64,000 nt of DNA, taken from contig OZ024759.1 in NCBI GenBank assembly GCA_964016885.1, positions 16,988,001 through 17,052,000 of the forward strand, read 5' to 3'. The notes under the pieces were generated by a model that had not been told where the DNA came from, searched no databases, and saw only the letters and a program-made list of their open reading frames with translations. Origin of the DNA: Eledone cirrhosa. Lineage: Eukaryota. Shown one piece after another: positions 26,361 to 38,243 of the stretch (positions are counted from its first letter, which is position 1; every line of letters begins with the position of its first letter). The position numbers and the translations under genes were made by a program.

Positions 26361-26911
26361 ATTTACACAGCGTAGATTCCGGAGATTGTGGTAAACCACG
26401 CGCTCAAGGAGAAACCATAGGAAACTAGTATTCATCTTTAGACAAGAGATACCCGAAGAAAACTACTTTCTGATAAAATGGGGCGAGGGTGCAGTGGCGT
26501 ACACCATACCCAGGGCCGAAGCTTGGGGAGGGATCTCCTACCATATAAGAAAATGTTTGCATACATTTAAGACTATCTATTCTCCTTTTGGAAAGAGAAA
26601 CTTGAATAAGTCCTCTCTTAGTCCTTGATTTATTAACCGCAGTACATGTAGCTCTCGGTAACGAATTGGCGGAGTCGTTAGAACGTCAGATAGAATGTTG
26701 TAGGGTATCGGCTCCAGCTTGCTGCGCTGTCTTAATTCAAAACCCACCGAGATCAACTTTCCTTCTCATCCTTTCGAGGTCGATTCTCTCTCTCCTTCTC
26801 TGGAAGAAATCGACTGCTTTTCAGTCCTAGAGATGGGTAAGGACTCCACCAGGTTTTAAATGACCATGACACGCCCTAAACAACTCCATCTGGAATTACA
26901 AAGTTAGGGGT

Positions 26912-26951
<40 letters not shown>

Positions 26952-27080
26952 GTAAAATAGTTGTAAATTTGCACATAGCATAACTAGGCTGTAGTACCAC
27001 CGTGGAAACATTTGTAAGCACACGGAATAAATTACCTTTTTATGATGTCTACCTGTTATTATTCATTCTTTATATATATA

Positions 27081-29262
27081 TGTGTTTCTTTATTAGCCAC
27101 AGGGGCACAAAAGAAGGGGACAAATACAAAGGGGGAAGTTTACATACAATAAAAACGTGTAAAATATTACCACAAATTAGTCGATTTTCCCCAATAGGGG
27201 GAGACATTTCATATGGGTAACACATACCCCCGAAAAAAATGAGCAACCCTCATCTCCAGGAGTACGAAGAGTTTGTACTCCCTTCCTCTCCTCCTCTTTT
27301 TCCTCAACCTACAGGCTGATATAGAGAGAAGGCCCATTCACTCGGGCCATTCTCGTCACTTTCACCCACCTTTCATAAAACTTGCTGGGGTACAGCACCT
27401 CTCTCTCCATCCTGATTCTTCTTCCAAAGTGGTATTTGAAAAAAAGAATCAGTTGTTGGCCGGAGAGAAAGGTGTCTGACCTCAGCCCTTTTAACCTTGT
27501 CCACCATACAACCTCTTTCGCCATAGCTATCACACAAAGGAAAACCGCCTCTCCGATTTTGAAGGAGGGTGGCGGTTTGATCATGACAATGGACTCGGTG
27601 GTCAACCGGATTGGTCCCACCCGCGACAATAGTCGTTCTATATAGCCCCACAGGTCAGTGACGCCCGGGCAGTGTATGAATGCGTGCGCGACGGTTTCTT
27701 CGTCTCGCACGCACCCCGGACAGATCTTTTTTTCAGGGTCCCTGCTCGGGCGCCCATGTCGGTAGAGCTTGTCTCGAACTGGTAGAGCTCCTCGGTAGCA
27801 CTGCCAGGCCAGGGACTTTTGGAAGTTGTCCATCGGTCCCGGGCGCAAGGTCCTACCGAACAGACTGGCCAGTTCGTCTTCCTCTTCGCCTAGAGTTTCA
27901 CCGAGCACGTCGTCGCACTTGCTGCGGATCAACCCTCTATAGAATGACGAAGTGGAGTCTCCACAGATCGCCGGGTCCGCCTGCCAGAGGGCTGTGAGCG
28001 CCTGAGCACATTCGATGTCCCAGTCGCCCATCTTCCTCGGTCTTTGCTTGACCCAGGACTGCAACTCGGTCAGCGAGACGAGTCGTGGGAAGGCTCGCCT
28101 CACGAACGGGGCCCACACCGGTTGTCCGGTGAGGAATACGTAGAGATGCCGCAGCCTGAGCGCGTGTTTGCGCATCGTCAGCCACAGCATCCCCAGCCCT
28201 CCGTTAGAAGGGCGTTGGCAGCAGATGTATCTTCTCACCAAAGGAGCCCGCCTCTTCCAAAGGAATTGGAAGAGCGCGCGCCCCATTTTGGCTGGACAAG
28301 GCACGACGGTCAAGCGGTAGTAGATGGCGGACGCTATAAAAGTGTTCGCCACCTCCGCTCGACCTTTCAAGGATAATTTGCACTCGGCCCACTTCTGGGT
28401 GAGTGCAAACACCTTGGCCGACACCTCGTTCCAGTTCTTCTCCACCTGGAGGTCCGGACCAAACCAGACCCCGAGCAGCTTTACTGGTCCTTCCGTCCAG
28501 CGTCCGACGACGCCATCGGAAGGCATCGGTTTGCCTCTCCACGATCCGAGTTGCAAACCGATGGACTTGTCCCGGTTCAGCTTCGCTCCTGTGAACCTTT
28601 CGTATTCCTTCAGTAAGGTGCCGACTTCCTCTATTTGCGAGGCGCTCGACACCATTACTGTAACGTCGTCGGCGTAGGCCGACGCCGCTTTCCGCAGTCC
28701 CGGTTCCAGAGGGATGCCCTGCAATAGCTCCAGCTTCCGCAGTAGTGGCTCGAGAGTCAATACGTACAGAAGGGAGGACAGAGGACATACCTGTCGAATG
28801 GATCGCGTGATATGGAACGGCTCCGAGAGGTAGCCGTTCACCTTAACCCTTGAGCAGATGTTGCTGTTATGCATTGCAGCAATCCAGCCCCTGAACACGG
28901 GTCCGAAGCCTGCCGCCTCGAGCACCGCATCCAGGTAACGATGGTCAACCCTATCGAAAGCCTTAGACTGATCCAAGTTGATCAGGGCCCCACCGAAGCC
29001 GGGTTTACACCCTACCCTCTATATGATGTATCGCATGAGGTGGAGGATGTCGTGTATGGACCTGGTCGGGATTGCGCATGTCTGCGCTTCTCCCACCAGG
29101 TTCTCGACGACAAGCGCCAGCCTCTTTGCCAACACCTTGGCCAAAATCTGTAACTCTGTGTTTAGCAGAGTTATGGGCCGGAAGTTGCCTATGTCATCCC
29201 CCTTATTCTCGTCCTTCCTGACTAGTGTGACTACGCCCCCGGTCACAGAACTGGGAATAGAG
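27081..29262 (-). mobile_element. L1/Tx1-clade LINE, 5'-truncated, with 3' UTR and AATAAA
   Basis: GC-rich island with RT and C-terminal zinc-finger coding sequence; AATAAA on the minus strand at 27089-27094. Confidence 0.88.
27309..29262 (-). pseudogene. ORF2 remnant: reverse transcriptase plus C-terminal CCHC zinc finger, one in-frame stop
   Basis: NFRPITLLNTE...LDQSKAFDRVDH...RQVCPLS...AYADDV...KLLGVWFG...CPGC-x6-VAHAFIHC. ORFs 29019-29372 and 27309-28976 share a frame and are separated only by TAG at 29019-29021. Confidence 0.88.
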
Positions 29263-29442
29263 TCAGGTCCCCGACGGCTGAGCTCCGGCCGTTTCGACAG
29301 CTGGTTCAGATCTAGTTGTCGAAACGGGTGGAGCTCAGCCGTCGGGGCCCTGACTCTTTTCCTATTACCCACTCTACTACCCTAAGTATCGAGTACTCTG
29401 GTGCGTTCTGTTCCACCTGGTTCCTTACCACATTTCCTTCGT
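29260..29442 (+). mobile_element. Penelope-like terminal fragment with fold-back end (homologue of 13721)
   Basis: GAGTCAGGTCCCCGACGGCTGAGCTCC...TTTCGACAGCTGG-loop-CTAGTTGTCGAAA...GGAGCTCAGCCGTCGGGGCCCTGACTC, then the same tail as 13820-13900. Confidence 0.6.
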
Positions 29443-29762
29443 TATATATATATATTTATATATATATAAGACAACAGAAGGCCGGCGTGGAAAATATGCT
29501 GTAAATTTTAATTCCATGAAATCTCTATGCATATTTCAATGGCCCAGTTCCATCATCCATTTTACAAAACAGGGTTATGTAGAACCCATACTTATTGTAG
29601 AAGATAGGGAAAAGAGAATAGCAAGTTGAAAAACTGAAAACTGAAAAATAAAAACTTGACCTGATAATTCAACAAATATAAATGTTTATAACTGATTCAG
29701 AGCACTCGACAAGTTTTCTGGAGTATAATATTCAATGATATTAAATAAATGGAAACTATATT

Positions 29763-29823
29763 TATTCTATTATATATATTTCAAGGGTACCAAAGTTTTG
29801 GTACGCTTTCATCAGATAAAATA
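29763..29823 (-). ncRNA. Minimal type I hammerhead motif
   Basis: Minus: UAUUUUAU-CUGAUGA-AAGCGUACCAA-loop-UUGGUACCCUU-GAAA-UAUAUA-UA-AUAGAAUA. Confidence 0.7.
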
Positions 29824-29941
29824 CAAAGTTTGTTTTATAAATTTTGACATAACCAAGGAAAATACCTTCAACTATCCAAGGAAAACTTGAACCGTTAAGG
29901 TATTTTCCTTGGTTATGTCAAAATTTATAAAACACACTTCG

Positions 29942-30002
29942 TATTTTATCTGATGAAAGCGTACCAACGCTTTGGTACCCTTGAAATATATATAATAGAA
30001 TA
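29942..30002 (+). ncRNA. Minimal type I hammerhead motif
   Basis: TATTTTAT-CTGATGA-AAGCGTACCAA-CGCT-TTGGTACCCTT-GAAA-TATATA-TA-ATAGAATA. Confidence 0.7.
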
Positions 30003-30489
30003 AATATGGTTTTATAAATATAGTGTCCATTTATTTAATATCATTGTATATATATATATTCAGGATGTCCCAATAAAATTGACATCATTTCATAGTTTAA
30101 TAACAGCCAATCCTTTCAATTTTATACTCCCAAATAACTTACACAATTCTTGTTGTATTGTGCTGTGCTGCTATTATTGTGTTCTCTTTACTGACTGAGC
30201 AAAGATCAAAATATTTTGTCAACTGGTTTGTGTGTCACGTCCGAATAAAAACGAAAACATTATTAATTACGTTACTGGTATTAAAAATGGGACAGCTTAC
30301 TCTGGAGAAGGAGGAGGGCCAATTGGAGAGGGAAGTTGTGAGAAAGGAATGCAGAGGGGGAGGAGAGAAGAAGGTTCCGTCAACAACTGTTCAAACGAAA
30401 GTATGTGTGTGTGTAGGATGCTTTCAAAACGTTTGAGTGTTTGGTTGTATACAAATTTCACCTCCATAAGTGAAACCCGTGTAATAACG

Positions 30490-31100
30490 GTTTGATTTAG
30501 GCACAAGTCCAACAATTTTGGGGGAGGGGAAAGTCGATTAAATCGACCCCAGTACATTACTGTTACTTTATATTTTATTAACCTTGTAAAGGTAAAGCTA
30601 ATCTCGGCGGAATTTGAACTCAGAACGTAAAGGGACGTAGCTATATGCCACGAAGCAGGGTGTTCGATGCTCTACTGGTAGTGCCAACCTACCTGTGTAA
30701 TAATGATTCTACTTTTGGCACAAGGCCAGCAATTACCCCAGTGCATTACTGGTACTTTATTTTATCGACCCGTAAAGATGAAAGGCAAAGTTAACCTCGG
30801 CGGGATTTGAACTCAGAACGTGAAGGGCCATAACTCTATGCTGAAAAGCATGATGTCTGACGCTCTACCGATTCTGTGTAATAATGATTTCTTTTTAAGC
30901 ACAAGGCCAGCAAGTTGAGGGGTGGGTACAGTATTAAACCTACCCCAATAATTGACTGGTATTTTACTTTATCGGAGCTGGAGGGATGAAAGGCAAAACT
31001 GGCCACGGCGGGATATGAACTCGGAACATAAAGGGTGGCAACTGTATGCCGTAAAACATTTTGTCCAACGCACTACTGGTACTGCCAACCTACCACATTA
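30490..31100 (-). mobile_element. Three head-to-tail SINE family B copies
   Basis: Three successive GGCACAAG...GAACTC blocks at about 30500, 30715 and 30898. Confidence 0.75.
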
Positions 31101-31988
31101 AACGGTTGTAATAATAACAATTTAACAAATAAAATGTCTTGTTTAAGGACACAACACGCCAATCAGTTCAGGAATCGAACTCACAATCTTACGATCGTAA
31201 GTCCAACACACTAATCACTAGGACGCACGCTTTCACTGACAGTAACTCTGTCTGGAACCGTAGGGGCACCGAAGTCTTAGGCATTTTGAAGCTCGCGGAG
31301 CCCTTCCCTTCACTAGGTCTTAAAGCCGATTTCTTCTTCTTCTTCTTCTTCGAGAGTCAAACCCCAGTACGGGACGGGTACTTTTTTTATCGATCACAAG
31401 AAGATGAAAAGTAAAGTTAACCTCGGCGGGATTAGAACACAGAGCGCGCAAAATGAAGGAACGAATGCTGCAAAGCATTCCAACATTCTAAGTCACCAGC
31501 CTCACAATTACGCCTGCACCCAAATCACAAGTGTCGTTAATTATATTCGGTGGTTTTGTTGGACATTGGATAACAAGATAAGATTACAGCTGTGATTGTG
31601 TAACTAGGTGAGGGATCAATGACTGAACAGTTTTCACTTTTAAGTGTCACACACCCAGTCACGCAACATTCCTTCCAATCTCTGATCGTTTCTCTGATTG
31701 TTTTTTTTTTTTTATTCCTTTATATATTTCTGTCATCAGACTGCGGCCATGCTGGAGCACCGCCTTGGTTTATTCGATCATATCGACTCCAGTACTTATT
31801 TTTCAAGTCTGACACGTTATCGACCTCGTTTTGTCGAACCACTAAGTTATTAGACGTAAACACGATTATCAAGAAGTTTCAGATACTACACAACCAAGAT
31901 AGTGCAAATAACTGGAATCAGTGGTTGTACATTCTACTAAATCTAAAGCTTAGTGTATTCATTCATGCATGCAAACATACATATATAG

Positions 31989-32055
<67 letters not shown>

Positions 32056-32121
32056 AAGCTCCAACCATTAAGGTTGTCTTTTTATCCGGGTATGTCAATA
32101 TTTATTTATAAAACGAATCTG

Positions 32122-32187
32122 TATTTTATCTGATGAAAGCGCACCATAATTTGCCTTGGTTGCCCTTGAAATATGTATAATAAAATA
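32122..32187 (+). ncRNA. Minimal type I hammerhead motif
   Basis: TATTTTAT-CTGATGA-AAGCGCACCA-loop-TGGTTGCCCTT-GAAA-TATGTA-TA-ATAAAATA; fragment bracketed by (TA)n. Confidence 0.7.
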
Positions 32188-32225
32188 AATATGGTTTTAT
32201 AAATATAGTTTCCATTTATTAATAT

Positions 32226-32268
<43 letters not shown>

Positions 32269-32338
32269 TTGCACACGAACTACCGATAATATTTGGTATC
32301 AGTGGGTTAAAGACATCTGTCAAATCAATTATTGGTAG

Positions 32339-32372
<34 letters not shown>

Positions 32373-32463
32373 GTATATACATACACACACACATATATAT
32401 TGAGTGAGTGTGAAAGACCAAAGGTCGTTATTGAAAATCGACCTTAAGTAGGAACAATAACAT

Positions 32464-32820
32464 TAAGAAAGACATGAACGACACCACAACACTTTGTTTT
32501 GAAAATTTTGAAAGTCGGTTTATAAGTATGAATTTTCATATGATTTTCGTAGTTGGCTCTGTGGGATCCTGGCTTTGAGTTCAATCCTGGTCAAGAGGTA
32601 CATGTAACCTTTTTTCAGTTATTTTACAACCAATAGAAAAAAAACTGAAAAGGTTTACTAGGAACCCTACTTCCGACTAGGATCGAACTTCAGACAAGGA
32701 TCATCACCGTCTATGATTCCTCCACCGAAACAGCTACAAAAGTGTAATGAAAATTGATAATTATAAACATACTTTCAAAATGAAAGTTAAAAACATGTGG
32801 TATCGTTCATGGCTTTCCTA
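32464..32820. mobile_element. Degenerate fold-back MITE
   Basis: AAGAAAGACATGAACGACACCACA pairs with TGTGGTATCGTTCATGGCTTTCCT; inner AACCTTTTTTCAGTT pairs with AACTGAAAAGGTT. Confidence 0.6.
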
Positions 32821-33459
32821 GAGCTATTAGTAATATTTAGAGACTTCTGGTCATTATTGAAATCTCTGGATTTCGCAAAATACATATTTTTTATTGGAGA
32901 AGGTACGATATTTTTCCGCAAAAATTTGATTGCATTGTTTTGTTTCCACTTATGTATTTTTCGAAAATGTTATTTATTCATTATAAAAATTAAATGATAG
33001 CATTCTAAATGTAGGTGGGCCCCTTTCATCTCCTGGCAACCAATATTACGGGGTCGATAAAATAAAATACCAGTAATGCACCGGGTATTTGGCTGGCCTT
33101 GTGCCTAAAGTAGAAACAATTATTAGACCCAGTCCGCCACTGCATACCAGGTTTAAACAAATCAAAATACATACTAACATACTGTAAGAAAATCAACTTC
33201 GACAATATCTTTATTTTCAATCTATAATCAAAAGATGCCCTGGAAGATAAATAGTTCAGTTGATATGGTGATAAGATCCCAACCCTTCGATCTTCAGTTC
33301 AAATCTAACTGAATGTGTTGTGTTATAAACATAACGATATAAGTGTGGAGATATAAAGGAGATCCCAGTATAATTATGGTAAATTTTTATTATTACACTC
33401 GAAGATGGATGTAATAATGTGTCAGGGAGATAAGAAAGAAAGAACTGAGAAAAGACGTG

Positions 33460-33810
33460 GTCAGTTAATGTGAACATATACTGGTACTACGACCAAATAC
33501 AGTCAGTTAATGTGAACATATACTTGTAATGGACCAAATATAACCAATCAATGTTAACTGATACTGGTACTAGGACCAAATACAGTCAGTTAATGTGAAC
33601 ATATACTAGTAATGGACCAAATATAACCAATCAATGTTAACTGATACTGGTACTACGACCAAATACAGTCAGTTAATGTGAACATATACTAGTAATGGAC
33701 CAAATATAACCAATCAATGTTAACTGATACTGGTACTAGGACCAAATACAGCATCTCAATGCCAATTGATACTGGTACTAGAACCAAATACAGTCAGTCA
33801 ATGTAAATAG
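33460..33810. repeat. Degenerate minisatellite with alternating subunits
   Basis: Repeated CAGTTAATGTGAACATATAC / GACCAAATATAACCAATCAATGTTAACTGATACTGGTACT blocks. Confidence 0.85.
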
Positions 33811-34340
33811 ACCCCAGCTGGAAACATCCACTGTTTCAAATACAATTTATTTGCGTGGCCAAGTGGTAGGTTGTTGACATCACAACCATAATGCCGTGGA
33901 TTTGATTACTGGAACAGGCGGCGCATTGTATTTTGAACAAGTCGCTTCATTTCACGTTGTTTTCATGGTACGACTGAGTTCTCTAGCATTAAATCAATCA
34001 AGAAACTTCCCATGAGATTCCCCCTCATGGGAGGCCATTTAAACCTGCTCAGATGTGAGCTATAAATACTATTTTTTAAAGATTCCGTAATGATATTTCG
34101 ATACACCAAATAAATACGTAGAAACAATTGAGAAACCAAAAACATGATTCATCAATAAAAAAAGGTGTGTAATATAATAACCCATTTTGTATTCATCCTA
34201 TAAAACATTAACGTAGCATAATGGTTTCTAATTTAGGCACAAGACCAGCTATCTAGAAGGAGAAAGCCGATTATATCGACCCCAGTACTTAACAGGTACT
34301 TTATTTTATCGATCCCAGAAGGATGAAAAACAAAGTTAAC

Positions 34341-34516
34341 TACGAGGATTGGTTAAAAATTTCATGGAATGACTAAATGAGGTTTATTTTTCAACATAGA
34401 CCTCTGAAATAAACAATGCAGTTATAAGAAGAGTCGAAATTAATGCATGCAAGATTTCACAGCCCTGGCATCATTCCTTCATAACCAACCTATAAACTTT
34501 TCAGCAGACCCTCATA
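34341..34516. mobile_element. Mariner-type MITE inside a SINE-B
   Basis: Ends TACGAGGATTGGTTAAAAATTT / AAACTTTTCAGCAGACCCTCATA; related ends at about 3250-3270 and 22664-22686. Confidence 0.55.
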
Positions 34517-34731
34517 TTTTATCGACTCAGGAAGGATGAAAAACAGTTAACTATATGGTGCAGAGAGTATTGTCCGATGCTGCCAATCTACCACCCTTAA
34601 CGTAATATAATGAAGCAGAAAATAAACTAACATACATAATTCTATACAATATTTATTACAGAGAAACTATATTAATATGACATATGTTTGTTTGTATGTA
34701 TGTAGAGTGAATACACGAGGAACTGAAATAT

Positions 34732-34959
34732 AAATACCGTGATCTGTTGGTTAACAACCTTTTCCAGCCTGTGGCGTTCGAGACGTTTGGGGGAGTCGGG
34801 CCGCTGACTGCGAGGTTCTTCTCATCCCTAGCGGCTCGCTTAACCGAAGTAACTGGCGACGCTCGTGAAGGCGCTTGGTTGTTCCAGCGCACCAGCCTCG
34901 CCATCATCCGAGGTAACGATGCGAGTGTGCTGGCTTGCCTAAAAAAACCCAACTATTAG
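34732..34959 (+). mobile_element. CRE-clade non-LTR retrotransposon C-terminal fragment (second family)
   Basis: KYRDLLVNNLFQPVAFETFGGVGP...WLFQRTSLAIIRGNDASVLAC*; AATAAA at about 35120. Confidence 0.72.
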
Positions 34960-36244
34960 AGAAGTTCCAGTGTTCCTCGCGATACTGTTATCTTTTGTTC
35001 TGGCAGTGGTTCGTTTGTCCACCGCTTTCCTTTAGATGTATGTTGTCCAAGATGTGTTTATTACCTGCTGGTGTTGTTTTTTTCCTTTTCTTATTTGTAA
35101 TATTATTTATACAATTATGAATAAAATATACTGAGTAATATCTTGTTAGCACATTATTATTGTAATAACGGTTGGAATAATATATTCAATTCAAGGAATC
35201 CTTGGCAGGAAGAAATTACTGTGGCACGATTCCGACAAGGTTCTGAACTTCCGGTTTCCTTTTCTACCTTTTTTTTTTTTAATTATGAAAGAGTAAATGT
35301 ATTTTTATTTGACAAATTATTACAAACTCTTAATGAAAACAAGTCCTATGAGAGTCATTGATTTAATACTATTATTTACAAGGAGAACGATGTATAAATA
35401 ACATAAATTGTTCGCAATTCTTTCAGATGAACATAACAAATATAATTGTTTCTACTTTTGGCACAAGGCCAGCAATTACCCAGTGTATTACTGGTACTTT
35501 ATTTTATCGACCCCGTAAGGATGAAAGGCAAAGTTAACCTCGGCGTACAAATATAATGTCGTTGATAAACACAAATATAAACGCATAAAAGAGAGAAAAA
35601 GAAAAAAAGGGGGACGAAGCAAAAACAACCATCAATTAATCACCAAGTGCGACGATCGACCGCTTATCATAAGGGTCAATAGAACACTTTGAGGCAAGCC
35701 AACACACTCGCATCATGTCCAACGTATGTGTGATATAGTTCCGTAACTCCCGGGGGAGTCGTTGGGACGCCGTATTGACATACGGCGTTTCTTAAGCCCA
35801 GCGGAGCCCATCTCCTCTCCAAGTCTGAATACGGCAGATTTCTTCCATAGAAAGTGAGAGAATAGAAATGATAAAGAGATATAGAAGAAGAATCGACTCC
35901 AGTACTGGTACTTTTTTATCGACCATGAATGGATGAAAGGCAAAGTTGAACTACTTCAAAGCATTCTATCCGACGTTCTAATGACTGCCAATTCGCCTCC
36001 TTAACTTGTCCAATACGTGAATGTGAAATCAGATAAGACAAACAGATGATGGACGAAACTAATTCGTTCCTTGAAAAAGCCGTCTTAGACAATTTATTCA
36101 AAATACTCTGATAAATTTTATTAAATATTTTTTTACGACAATAAATATTTCGTTTTACATTCATTTAAATCAATTACAATACCTTTCTTTCCTATTTTCT
36201 TCAATTATTATTAAAATTATTAAACATAATATAATTCGTACAAG

Positions 36245-36445
36245 TAGCAGCTCTACCTGGAGCGATTCTCTGATCTCTGAACTCTACCGAGTAACGTTAC
36301 TCCAAAGATCCTACGGAAGAACCCCATTTCGGTCGCTTGTATTCGCGATCGTATTTTTTCGGTCATTACCCAAGATACATGACCAGAGGTAACGGTTGGC
36401 ACGAATACCGAATTGAAGATAACGTGCTTGGTTTTTACACCTAAC
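36245..36445 (-). mobile_element. RTE LINE fragment
   Basis: Reverse complement aligns to about 17620-17825 (TCTTGGGTAATGACCGAAA.AATACGATCGCGAATACAAGC). Confidence 0.7.
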
Positions 36446-36495
36446 TCCCTTCTGATTACCGAATAATTCGGAATTCACGTATACAAATAAATCAG

Positions 36496-36891
36496 GGGCA
36501 AATTTTTACTATTTACCTATGGAGGTGAAATTTGTTTTTCCTATGCTTTTTATAAAATGTTTTTTGAACGAATATGACCTTCGAAACCGTCGGAAATTAT
36601 TCGTTAACCCTCTCTTCCGCCGTCAGTCGGAGGTGGAGCTGCACGCTGGCGTAAACTGAGATATCGGGTACAGAAAACAAGTAATTAAAATTTTTCTGTA
36701 GTTACCCCATCCGAGAAATCCTAATTTCCACCAGGGTGTTCCTAGACTGACGGCTTGAGGGAGAATTCTAAAAAAACGAACGAATAATTTCTAACGGATT
36801 TGAAGGCTACATTCTTTCAAAACATCAAAAGCGACAGGAAAAACAAATTTTTCCCCAAAGGAAAACAGGGTGTAATGGTAAAAATTTGCCC
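36496..36891. mobile_element. MITE with long imperfect TIRs (about 110 bp)
   Basis: GGGCAAATTTTTAC...GAAATTATTCGTT pairs with AACGAATAATTTC...GTAAAAATTTGCCC; no TSD seen. Confidence 0.65.
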
Positions 36892-37464
36892 ACATGTGTA
36901 GTTTGTAACTTCATGATATTATCTAAGGCAATTGCTGTCTACTTAAAAAGAAGGCATGCCTATCTTAAAATGCATTTTAGAATATCAGAATAAAGTATAA
37001 TATTTAATCATTTAGCAACGTCTACCAAAATCCCTACACCAAACTACGTTGATACATAGAAAAGACACAGAAGCAAATTACTTCCCTTGTGGGATTACAA
37101 TTAATTAGAGTTATTTCCCATAAAAAAAGTGAAGGCGCGTGGCTCAGTGGTTAGAGGATTGGATTCGCAATCGCGAGGCTGCTAGTTCGATTTCCGAACT
37201 GGGAAATGTGTTGTTTTGGGGCAAGACACTTTATTTCAAATTGTTCCTTCTGTCAAGATTTGAGATTGGTAGATAGTATCAGCAATGGAAGCAGTCAATA
37301 AAAAAGTACCAGTCCAGTACTGAGGTCAATTCTTTCTCACTTCCTCTGGAAGAATCGGCAGAATTAAGTCCTGGAAAACAGAGTCTACTGTACATTGTAA
37401 CTGGAGTTGTTATAATAGGAACGTTGCTTTTTATATACATATATAGATGCATATGCATACACAC

Positions 37465-37650
37465 ATCATCATCATCATTTTACGTTCGCTTTTCCCTGCT
37501 TGCAAGGGTTGGACGGGTCCTATTCAGCACAGCATCTCTCCTCTCATCACGGTCCTTCATCATCTCCTCGGTGAGTTTCAGCGATCTGAGGTCTGCTTTC
37601 ACCACCACCGCCCATGTTTTTCGTGGTCTACCTCTACTGCGTCTTCCTTC
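37465..37650 (-). mobile_element. RTE LINE 3' end (related to 790-1465)
   Basis: VEGRRSRGRPRKTWAVVVKADLRSLKLTEEM...; tail CCAACCCTTGCAAGCAGGGAAAAGCGAACGTAAAATGATGATG. Confidence 0.8.
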
Positions 37651-37750
37651 TACATACATACATATATATATATAGGTGAATTCACGATGTATATCGAGTT
37701 GACCACAGTTTATAAAGGAACTCAATACATTAGTAGAGTATATGCATATT

Positions 37751-37859
37751 TATTTTATTAGAGAAATGACTTCTACAGCACGAGAACTGTTTCATTCGTA
37801 ATGTTTTCTTACAAATGAAACAGCTCTAGTCCTATAGAAGTCATTTGTATAATAAAATA
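37751..37859. mobile_element. Palindrome formed from two 3' halves of the 16478-type hammerhead
   Basis: AAATGACTTCTACAG...CTGTTTCATTCGTAA-loop-TTACAAATGAAACAGCTCTAGTCCTATAGAAGTCATTT; the right arm matches 16501-16530. Confidence 0.6.
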
Positions 37860-37867
37860 ATATATAT

Positions 37868-38212
37868 GGAAGCACATGGCTTAGTGGTTAGAGCATTGGC
37901 CTTGCAATCGAAAGGTTGTGAGTTCAATTCTCAGACCGGGTCATGTGTTGTTTCCTTGAGCAAGAAACTTTATTTCACATTGCACCAGTTTACTCAGCTG
38001 TAGAAATGAGATGATATGGACTGGGGTCCATATCATTCCACTGCAAAGTGGTCGTGGAGGTGCCACGGAAAAAAAGCACCCAGCACTCACTGTAAATGAG
38101 GTTGGTGTTAGGAAGGGCATCCAGCTGTAGAAATGAAGCCAGAATCAGTTCCCGTCCCACCCTTGCAAGCAGGGAAAAAGCGGACGTAAAATGAAATGAT
38201 GATGAAATGATG
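37868..38212 (+). mobile_element. SINE family A, full-length
   Basis: Reverse complement of 313-654. Confidence 0.85.

Positions 38213-38243
<31 letters not shown>

Larger units (their letters stand above)
29733..30046. mobile_element. Penelope-like inverted duplication carrying two opposed hammerheads
   Basis: About 29733-29870 is the reverse complement of about 29895-30046. Confidence 0.7.

Noticed and set aside
29019-29372. 117-aa ORF as a real N-terminus of the RT protein
   Set aside because: The first 36 or so codons come from the adjacent hairpin element; the fusion is an accident of the junction.
37868-37945. tRNA gene (also at 580-654, 58370, 58720, 62610-62689, 37135)
   Set aside because: A/B boxes are present, but the sequence runs into a SINE body and I see no proper acceptor stem; these are SINE heads.
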